Shown: positions 30,601-42,600 of the stretch, piece by piece
Layout: each line of letters opens with the position of its first letter
Position numbering within the stretch: position 1 is the first letter of the stretch
Assembly: GCF_964355755.1 (NCBI RefSeq)
Contig: NC_092678.1
Span: 11,902,352-11,966,351, forward strand
Reading direction: 5' to 3'
DNA: 64,000 nt
Origin: Antedon mediterranea
Taxonomy: Eukaryota > Animalia > Echinodermata
Translations under genes and position numbers: made by a program
The notes under the pieces: model-generated
Databases searched by the model: none
What the model was told of the DNA's origin: nothing
What the model saw: only the letters and a program-made list of their open reading frames with translations

Positions 30601-33600
30601 TATCATTGCTCGCCTCAGCAAAGGATGAACCCAATATGGATACATTCACAACAAATTGTTTACACATTAGTGAGATATAAACCAAATTTTAAAGTATTTA
30701 CTGTATGACTATAGCCTTCACAATTTTGTCATTAGGTCAATCTAGTTGGCATAGCATGCATGTACGGTCATCCCATTTTAAAATTTGGATAGATGAAGCA
30801 GTAGTAAACATTTTGACCAATCACGTTGATAGATGAAGCAGTAGTAGACATTTCGACCAATCACGTTCTCTTATTTACATAGGTTATGTAATGTTAGGTG
30901 GTATTGAATTGAGATACAAAATCTTGAAATGATTTTATTTGGATCATAATATTATAGAAGAGACTTATTAAAGAATAATATATTAATATTATTATAAGTG
31001 CATGGATATACCATGTAATAAGTGCAAGGATATACCATGTAATAAGTCCATGAATATACCATGTAATAAGTGTATGCAAGTATATATTACCTGAATGATT
31101 TCATAAGTTGTTGTGTTGCACCATACATGTACAAGTGGCTGTAAATCATCAGGTATTATTAGGTTAGACACTTCATACACAATACCATTTCTTGCAAGTA
31201 CATCAGTATGTGTAATAACTGATTGAGATGAAATCTCAAACTCTCCCTGAAATAGAATAGAGTATCAAATCATTGAATGCTACTTTCTCTCAACAACAAC
31301 AATAATTGAGAATGGTCAAAAGATTTAGAACAATGTAACCAAAATTAGTCATTTTAAAACTGGCCGTTATTACTTAAATTGTTGTCATAATCATTCAGGC
31401 ATGTAAAATTGTAAAACACACACTGTGGCCTATTCGCCAGCTCAGTATAACGCCTGTTGTCAAAAATTTCTTTTGCCTATATTCTTGTTATTTTTAGTGG
31501 GACTGGGAGCGTGCAGTTTCATTTAATATTTCAGCCATATTGAAGATACAGTTTTATTTAAATTTTAATAAAATTTTGTGACACCAATGTATAGATCTTC
31601 CTGAAAATCAATAATATTGTCAGGATGGAAGTCATGAAGATAAGTTGAAATTGTGGACGTTATTAAACAATACAAAGTAATATACTGCTTTGTTAAAAAC
31701 ATTTGTTGAATTAAGAGTACTTACTCTACTGGATACAAAAAGATCCAAGTTTGTACCATATAAGGAAGTTAAACGACGTTGAGTAAGATATGTATCAATT
31801 GGTACCTAAGATAACAAATAATAATAATACTAGTACTAGTAATAATAATAGTCATTATATTATTTACTTATATATTTACATTTGTCATAATGATGGTATT
31901 TTCTTTCATTTATTTTTACAAATAATGCTACAGAATAGCAATGCAAAGTCTGAAAACAGAAATAAATGGAGAGCTATGGTGGTCAACTTTGATACAAAGA
32001 TGCCATGTGATGATGATGATGGTGATGATGATACAATCAAACAAACACTGTAAAAACACAAGGATTTGTCATCAATGTGGATGCAGTTGTATTTTATAAT
32101 AATACAATTATTCAAGATTAAAATTTATAAAATGTACTAATACCCATTTCACACTGTACACTTTTTTATTACAAGTTCATGCATGTCCCGATAAAAAGGG
32201 AGGCAGTCCTATCTACAGTGCTACGTCTATTCTATGAAATTGGTTCTTTCTAGAAGAAAAGAGGACTGTAGACTTTAGTGAGCCTAATTTAATATACTAA
32301 ACAGGAAACTTAAGATAAAAAATTAATATAAATTAGGTCCTCAACTGTTGAATTTTTCATTTTAACCGTTGTAAAGAGTTGTTACAAAAGGTATGAACAC
32401 AGAAGAAATAACTGATATTATCCATTATCGTGACAACAAACTTTTTACATTTGTTTTACAGTACGTGTGAAATGGGTATAGTAGCCGAGTGTCTGCAGTT
32501 GTTTGTTGTTCAATAACATAAAAAAATACCTGTGCATTTGGTACAATGTGATTTTCAAGTATTCCTTTTAATTTGTTACGTCCCTGGAAAATATTGTTAA
32601 AGAATATATACATCATAATCCTAATCTTTTATTCAAATGATATTTGTTAAACATTGACTAACAACATGTTGTATTGTATACAGAGTTCATAAAAATACTT
32701 TAGTATTTAAATTCACTTAAAGGTAAAATGTTAAATATTAATATTCTTACCTGGTCTGAAAGAAGAAAATCATGTTCTTCATTAGTGAGGTTTTCAAATG
32801 CACGATTGACCGGTACAAAAACAGTGTATGGACCGACAGACTCATCCAAGAATTTAAAATACTCAAAACGCTGAAAATACAAAGAAATAGAAACATTTTA
32901 TAAATTATAGAAGTGAAAATAGCGTTACCAACCAACTATGTTACACGCTGTATTTATTAAATTAATATTTTTTAGTATTGTCACGAACTCCCTTGACGTA
33001 TGTTTCCGAGCGGTTGAAAATACTTCAGGAACTCCCTTGTGACATAAAAGTATACACACAAAATCCACAAAGATGTAAAATAACTCAAAAACCAAGCTTT
33101 AATTTCAATCAACTTCAACAATCCAGTAAGCACTTTAAACAACAGCTTCACAATAACTTTTACAATCGAATATCCAACCTCTAATCCAACAACCTTACAA
33201 TTAGTTTTACATCCCTTTCTTTATACTTCTTATTCTATTGGATTACAGTTTCTATTAATAGCACTTCTGGAATGTTTCTGATTGTTCTTATATTATACAT
33301 GGTTTCTTAAATCTAAACTTATTCTAGAATGTTCATGTAGACACTATGATACTGTCATGATTAAGGAATGGTAATTTATTACAGTATTATAATCAATATA
33401 CGAATAAAAAAAATAAACAATACATTCATATTTCTTTATTATTTTTCGTGTACATAAAACACAACAAAATATGGTTTGAAATTGTTCAAGTTAAAATACA
33501 GATATAGTACAATTCTAAGAATTGATTAAATATTAAAAAGTAAATTAAACTCACATCCAAACACTTCTTAAATATCTGGTAATTATCTTCTTCACTTATT

Positions 33601-36600
33601 TTTTTATATAATGAAATCTAAAAAAAAACCATTTGAACAGTAATAATATGTAGAATAGAATGAAAAACATAATTGTTTAAATACACTTCAAAAACATATT
33701 TGAAAACATTATTATTATTTAATGAAGAATTACTGTATTAACATCAATATTTTTAATGATGTTTGTTAATAATAGTGACGCAGCCAGTGATTGGGGGGGG
33801 GGGGGGAAAGGTCACGATGGTCATGAACTCCTAATTATTTAGAAAAAAAAAAAAAATACATCGTCTCCTTCACCACAAATCGCAATTTTATGAACTTCTT
33901 ATCAAAATAGAAACAGACGACGTATCAATGCAAATCGGCGTATTGCGTAATCACAAGTGGGAAAAGAAGACGCAACACTGCTACAAACATCGCTACGGGC
34001 AGTTTGCTTTAAGGCAAAACTGCAAGAACAGAGAATAATGCGCGGATGAACCAGGTCAAAGTCTACGGCAACTAACATTGACGCCGAACACACCGGGCAG
34101 GTTTGATTTCACCTATATTGGTTCTCACTGGGGAAGCAAGCGAACACAAGCGAGTTGACACAGTTCGAATAATTAATCGCTTGTGAATTGTCAAGTTGTT
34201 TACGTTGCATTTAGATCGTTGCATAACGTTGATGTTGCGTCGATAGTGGGTAACCACACTTACAGCGGGCCGGGAATTTACAAACAAAAGGCAAGAATAC
34301 TGGAGCAACATAGTACATCGTGGGTCAAAGAAACTGATTTTGATACCCCCGAAAAAAATTAAATAAATGCGTTTGCACATTTGGCAGGAATATAAAAAGT
34401 TCTGTAATAAAAATGAGAGTATTAGTGTCATATTTGTGCATGCGTAAACTGATTTAAATGATCTTGATTGCCCTTGATCGCCTTCATTTCATTACTGGCT
34501 GTGGCCTTGCTTAATATGTCGAGTACCCATATGGGAAAATACCCTTTGAGCTTTAAGGGTTATCCTCTTGCTCCTGCTTATTTATGTACACCTTATTAGA
34601 CGTTATTCAAATTAGAATTGCATTGCACTGTTTTAAGGGGTGATCTTGATGTTTTGAGACAACGGCAAATATGTAGTTGATTGCTCCTGGAGATTGGGCA
34701 TGCAGGCTAAAAATAGGCAGGACATTGTAAATTGCAATCATCAAGCACTTCTCATCCTGGTCACGCATAAAGTCCTCTATATATCTGTATCAGAACTGCT
34801 ACTGTATCCTCTTTAATAAATACTTCATTCTTTTTGTTTATGGTCTGCATCCTTGTTGAGTGTTTTTGACTTTGTAAATCGAGGCAGTTGCCAGGCATAA
34901 TAGCACACTATCACATATATTCCCCAATGCTATGTGTATCATTGTTCATAAATGTTATGATTGTCTGTCTACAACCATTCAAATCATGGAGAGAATTATC
35001 AATATTGTATAAAAATAATTGTAAAATAAATCTTACCGATGTATTGCTGTTAACATGTACAGTAGTAAATACCGCTTCATCCAAAACATGTATATATCCA
35101 TTTGAAGCAATCAAATCTATATTTACCAGCTGGCCTATGTTTGACTCAAGATTATATTGTAACACATTGTCCTATAAAATAAAAGATTTATCATTGTTGT
35201 TTGCTAAAGAGAGAAACATTTTATGTTATTTGAATCAATGTTTTAACGTTACATATTTGCATTCGTTGATAGCTTTCATGTTGTATACAGGTAGCGAGTA
35301 CTAAATATCACCTATCTAGATGCACGATACAATAACATGCGCATGGATGTACATCCTACAATGTGAACATCCATATTTTTTTAGGATTTTATATGTATAT
35401 TTTGTATGGCTTTTTTTTTATCGTATTTTATATTTTATGTACTGTATCCATTTTATATTTGTATGTACTGTACTTTTGAAAAGGCCAACAGAGTTTCCCC
35501 ATGGGGATAATAAAGTTTTAATTGAATTGAATTGAATTGAATTGATATGCCGTATCTAACTATACCAGCAGCTTGATGCAATGCGTAGCAAGGCATACAT
35601 CAATAACCTGCAAGGCATACATCAATAACCTGCAAGGCATACATCAATAACCTGCAAGGCATACATCAATAACCTGCAAGGCATACATCAATAACCTGCA
35701 AGGCATACATCAATAACCTGCAAGGCATACATCAATAACCTGCAAGGCATACATCAATAACCTGCAAGGCATACATCAATAACCTGCAAGGCATACATCA
35801 ATAACCTGCAAGGCATACATCAATAACCTGCAAGGCATACATCAATAACCTGCAAGGCATACATCAATAACCTGCAAGGCATACATCAATAACCTGCAAG
35901 GCATACATCAATAACCTGCATCTGTGGTAGTTGCTGCAACGCATGCCAGTGCAAATATATAGACTAAGCTTTACGGAATAAATATTGATGCATAAAAAGT
36001 TTAAACACCAAAGTTGCCATATAAAATATTCTATAAAAGTCGTAACATCCATGTACAGACCTCCTAATTTGGAAAAATGGAGATTTTATGAAACTATAAA
36101 GGGTGCTATAGTAATATTATCAAACCATAACTATGAAAAAACCTAAAGATATTGGCATCATTTTGGCAGGAGAGCGAAAGATAACTTGAAATATCGAGAG
36201 ACTCTCGCCATTATCGGAGAGTTGGAAGTCTGTATGTGAAAAATTTAGTTTACTATCCTTCATTAAAATCAATAATATACTGTAACAAGCAACTAATGTT
36301 TTCCATTATTGGGCAACAGGCTCAATTTGTAAGAAACATTATATTACCTGATCTTGCTTAACCTCTGCCTGATAGCCCATCAAGTTATAAACATGATTAG
36401 CAATAATCAGATTATGTTGGTCTAGATGAATTGGAATTATTAACAGTTTCATCAAGTAGCCTGCAAACTCATGATCATTTCTGGCCATCTCTAAAATCTG
36501 AAAAACAAATTTTACAATGTTTCTCATTCATAATTTTATCTCTTATCAATTCAATGCTCACATGTTTGCCTTTTAAATAAAAGAAATAACAATGAAATGT

Positions 36601-39600
36601 CATATCATCACTTTTTAGTAAAACAATCTTACTATTTTGTGGCTTAAGAAATGCTGTTTTTATATTTGTTATATTTATTTATATTCTTTAAAAGATTACT
36701 TTTGCTTAATTATACAAAAGACAGCACAAATTCGAACCAAGATATATACAATGATTAACCTAGGGAATCAGACCTACAGTACTGTAGTATACTGAGTTTT
36801 TGTTTCTGCAATTGAATGTACTACTATGACTGAACTGTAACAAATCTGCTTCCTGAGTGAGATATACAATATATATGAGAGAGGTAAACATTCATTTTTG
36901 CAACATAATTTGTATGCCATACCGGACAACCTTGGGCTGGACCAAAATATCTAGTTTTCTGGAAATTCTGGTACTCAAAATGTGTTTTTAATGGAAACAA
37001 GGCCATATTATGCTCAAATTTGAGTTAGTGTTTACCGACTGACTAACCGCCATATTGAGCACGACTAAAAAATTATTTGGGACATTTTGGAGAAAAGTCT
37101 GGTTATTAAAGGGTTTCCGGTTTCTAGGAAGTCTATCATTGGGAGTGTTGACTATACTGTATTTGTTTTTAATACACCAAAATATGACTATGATTGTAAA
37201 AAACGATGGAAATAAAACACATTTTATTTTTGATTTCCATTCTAAATGATGAAAACAGGCAAATGAATACCTGTTGATCCATTCTGTTAAACGCATCCTC
37301 ATTTGGAATAAGCAGCGTAAAGTATAAATCCAAGCTGCTCAACGTCACCCCAAGATCAGCAATCTCTAGCAATTCCATGCCGGTGGTTAACTGGCCATAA
37401 AGGGTGCCCTCTGTGTTGATGTTTAATTCACGTAAGCGCTAAAGAGAATGCTAAGTAGGTTATAATATGTTTTCATATTAAACTTATTAAATTAATACTA
37501 CGTCTATATCAAACCTATCCTGCATCAAAACAATAATAATAATTTATTTGGAAAATTCTTTTTGAACAGCGGCACACATAATAATGTGCATCCTTAAAAC
37601 AATCTAAAAAACAAATCATTAATATAAAAGGTACAATCCAGTTTTCTTCCGAAGCAGGTTTAGCATAAATAATAATAAATGAGCTTAAACACTTGTCTAG
37701 TTTAGTGGTAGGCTAGGCCTAAAGCCATTAAAAACAATCAACAATACCAATCTGGATTAAGGTAAGTAAAAGAATCTGGATTAAGGTAAGTGAGTAAAAT
37801 AGACAGATAGAGTACATTTGGGATTTGGTATCTAGGTTTGTGTGAAATTGATTTACAGTAGGAGAATACATGTGAATACAAAAATAACCTACCATCTGCA
37901 TGAACACATTATAAACAAAGTATGGTTTTACCTGCATAATATTACCATAACAGGTGTGGGTACCAACATAGCCTGGTTTGCACCTGCATCCCATTTGGCC
38001 AGGTGTCACCATATAACATTCAGTATTTGCAGGACAGCTGCTTGCATTGGTTGACAGACAAAGGTCTTCCAATTCACAGATATTGTTGTCGTTCAATTTA
38101 TAGTGTACAATGCATTCACACTTGCTCTGTGAAAAATAGTGAGTTGTATGAAAATTGCACGCAGTCTTGGTGAAGAATCATAATGTATTTCAATAGCAAC
38201 AAAGCCTCATATCATAAGTGCCTTACAGTGGCCTAAACTAAATAACTAAAAACAAAATTAAACTTGTTTTCCAGTGACAGTACAGTATACTGTACTAAAA
38301 TTAAAAATGTTTCAAAATTGCAATGCTTGCAAACCACGTTAAGTCATGGGAAGAAAGGATCTGGCTAAATAACATTTACATATTGACAATCTATAAGGAT
38401 TCTTCAGCATTTTAAATGAGTTCGGCTATAATTTTTTGTTTGTTGAAATTTTAATATACACAATGATTGATCAGAAAAAAAAAATTACCAATCTATCATC
38501 CACAATGTAATCGTGTATTAAAAACTATTCATTTTTTTCAGTTTGGAAGGGAATGGGATAAAAAAAGGGAAAGTGGCATAAAATAGTATACTGTAAGTAT
38601 TTAGTGTTTCGTTTACAATTGTAAATTTCTAGAAATATTTTACTGTACCTTCCCAGCAGAAAGGTAATGACAAACAGACATTTCCAATGGGCATCCACCA
38701 TTATTGTTGGAGCATGGATTGTCTGGATGACAGAGGGTACCATCACCATTGTAATTGTCTTTGCAAGTGCAGTTGTACTGCAGCCTTCCAGTGTGATAAC
38801 AATTTGCATTGATGCTGCAGTTATGGTTCACACAAGGATCAATCTCTATAAGAAATAACATAAACAGAGTAGTTAGGGCCTCTGTATGTGTGTTCACTTT
38901 GTATAGCTTCAGCGCCTAGAAAACCGTGACGCTCAATTGTGACTGTGAGTACGTCGGAGGACCATTACACTTTATATGCATGCATTATTGTCAGCAATCT
39001 AACTAAACAACACACTATGCACTTTTCTGACGGTGTTTCTTTGTACGAATCGTTCAACATTGGGCCCAGCTCATTGCATGATATGATATCATGATCCATC
39101 CAGGGACCAAATTGTGTACTGTAGTTACTTTCTAGGCTGACGCATTACGTCATGTACGCTACAGCAAGATGTTCACGTTCGCCTCTGGGCCTGATATTTT
39201 CAGTAAAATTGTAATTTTGAAGACCTGCAGCTCTAGTTTTCAAAATTTTCTTAGCTCAGCCTCAACCATAAAGCTAGTTCTGGAGACTTACATATTTTGT
39301 TTCATGTTCAGAAGTATAATAAGTTCAATTTCAGGGACCTAGCAATTCTATTTTATATAATGTTCTCACAGTAGCTCCACCCCAACCATGCTCGGCTGGT
39401 CCTGTACACCTAGAATTTCGTTTTAATATTTTAATGTATTTTCCAGGGACCTAATACTTAATAGCTCTATTTTTCACAAATTCTTTAGCTGGTCCTGGAA
39501 AGTTATATATTTCATTTCATATATCAATGTATAATTGCAATTTCCGGAGACCTACAGGGTAGCAGCTCTATTTTTCAAAATTTTCTTACAGAGCAGCCTC

Positions 39601-42600
39601 GCACATTTACAATTTCGCACTCCCAGACAGCAACCACCCTCTGCAATTAACGATATACCTTTTGGCCTGTGGGTACATTAACGATACCTTTTGGCCTGTG
39701 GGTACATTAACGATATACCTTTTGGCCTGTGGGTACATTAACGATATACCTTTTGGCCTGTGGGTACATTAACGATATACCTTTTGGCCTGTGGGTACAT
39801 TAACGATATACCTTTTGGCCTGTGGGTACATTAACGATATACCTTTTGGCCTGTGGGTACATTAACGATATACCTTTTGGCCTGTGGGTACATTAACGAT
39901 ATACCTTTTGGCCTGTGGGTACATTAACGATATACCTTTTGGCCTGTGGGTACATTAACGATATACCTTTTGGCCTGTGGGTACATTAACGATATACCTT
40001 TTGGCCTGTGGGTACATTAACGATATACCTTTTGGCCTGTGGGTACATTAACGATATACCTTTTGGCCTGTGGGTACATTAACGATATACCTTTTGGCCT
40101 GTGGGTACATTAACGATATACATTTTGGCCTGTGGGTACATTAACGATATACCTTTTGGCCTGTGGGTACATTAACGATATACCTTTTGGCCTGTGGGTA
40201 CATTATATGTTTGCATATATTTTCTATCCTACAATTTACTTGATAAATATAGAATATTGTGATACAATTAAGGACCTGTATTATTTAAGACCTCTGTATG
40301 TGAACAGTGAAGCTCTCAGTATGTAACTTTAACTGTTTTAAAATGTGAGAAAATAAACAAATGGTACAGGATCAACAAATATAGTGAGGTGAGAATATAC
40401 ATACCTTGACAATTATAGCCGTCTCCAATGTAACCATGGTTACATGTGCAGTTTATTTCAATGCTCCCTTGTATTGGTCTACAACTTGCATTGGCATGGC
40501 AACCAGCAGCAATGCAAGTTTCAGTTCCTTAAAGAATACAGAATACAGAAATTTATTGGTCCAAAAGGAAATTTGTTTCATTGACAAGCTCTCGAACAAT
40601 TAATTATAAATATAAAAAGTCATGAATACAAAAATACAAGATCTTATCAAAATACGAATAAACATCAAACATAGACAGAAAAATAAAAATACTATATCGT
40701 AACATATAAAAATATATATATTAGGGACGTATTATTATTATTAAATTTTCAATCTATCTTTAAATAGTTGTGTTATATAAATGGCAAGAATTTAGAACAA
40801 AAGACGATCATGATCTCCTCTTAGTGGACGTAGCCTGATACTCGATCTGTTTAAAACATAGTACTTATTTAGTGGGTGTGTGTGGTCATTCATAATCATG
40901 ATAACTTTATGTAATACTCTTTTTTCATGTTTGTTGAATAGTTGGTAGGTCAGAGCCAATCATTTTGCCTGTACACCTCCTAACTCATGTTTGTTGAATA
41001 GTTAGTAGGTCAGAGCCAATCATTTTGCCTGTACACCTCCTAACTCATGTTTGTTGAATAGTTAGTAGGTCAGAGCCAATCATTTTGCCTGTACACCTCC
41101 TAACTCATGTTTGTTGAATAGTTAGTAGGTCAGAGCCAATCATTTTGCCTGTACACCTCCTAACTCATGTTTGTTGAATAGTTAGTAGGTCAGAGCCAAT
41201 CATTTTGCCTGTACACCTCCTAACTCATGTTTGTTGAATAGTTAGTAGGTCAGAGCCAATCATTTTGCCTGTACACCTCCTAACTCATGTTTGTTGAATA
41301 GTTAGTAGGTCAGAGCCAATCATTTTGCCTGTACACCTCCTAACTCATGTTTGTTGAATAGTTAGTAGGTCAGAGCCAATCATTTTGCCTGTACACCTCC
41401 TAACTCGTTCTAATTTTTCTTTTTCTTTGTTCTCATTTGTAAGACCAAAAAACAACTATAAACTAAATGGTTAAAACACTTTGCACTATACTGTAGCCCT
41501 ATAGAACATCGTTAATATAGTATTATCAATTTTATATAGTTTTAGTTTTCTTAAGAAATATAGCCTTTGATTTGCTTTTTTAAACACGGTATTTGAGACC
41601 TTTGTCAATAGTGGTTCCTAAGTATTTTTGTTTGTGATAAAAGATATGAGAAAAAGATATGATTATAATTCATATTGAATCACTATGATCACAATACAGT
41701 ATCACTTTAAATGAATTTTGTTTTTTTCCTTCCAATATCACCATACATTTCTTCCCAAAAATGTACAACCTCTTCAATGGCCATTGAAACTTAACAATGT
41801 AAGTACATACTCTATCTTGGTTTGTCTTCTGTAACATGGAAACCAACTTTCTTATGTTTGGCATTTCTTATACAGTATTTTAATTGACAGAATACATTTT
41901 AAAAATAATTACAGTAATTATAACTTTAAATATGTGTATTATAAAAGGAGCCTATATACATACTCTCAGAACAGTTTATCCCTTGATAGTGTGGAAAACA
42001 AGAGCAGACACCAGTCCCATCAATACCTGCATCACATACTCCCTGAACACAACTACATTCTAAAAACAAATATCATTTTTTAAATGGAAAAAAACAAAGA
42101 CAAAAGCTGAGTTTTGTACTGTAGGCAGTACATCTGAGGATTATAGTTGTTTTTTTGATGAATAAAAAAAACATACTGGGACACAGAATAGTAAGGACCA
42201 CAGTATCTCAAAGAGAGGTTCACAAAAGAGAACACAATGGAGACCCACATATATCTCTTTTTAAGGCCTCTGTTTTCATAAAATCCAAACTTGTTATTTT
42301 TTATGTGAAAGGGTCTACCTCCAGAACATGTATTGCCATAGTAACCATCATCACACAATTCACATGCAAGTCCAGCGAAGTTTCCATGGCAATGACAGAA
42401 ACCAGTTGATACATTGCAAATACCATTGTTATTGCATGGTGAACTATAACCTCCAGGACATTCTGAAAAAAAAATATATTTAAACTATTTACTTTCTTAC
42501 AACTTCTTTTCTCTACTTGAGTTTAATTGCAGAGAGTTACATTGTGGTTTAATATGTTTGGCATTCAAACGTACAAAATACATCATCTATTTTATTTTAT

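Noticed and set aside
32979-33352. Possible solo LTR starting tgtcacg
   Set aside because: No clear CA end or TSD found
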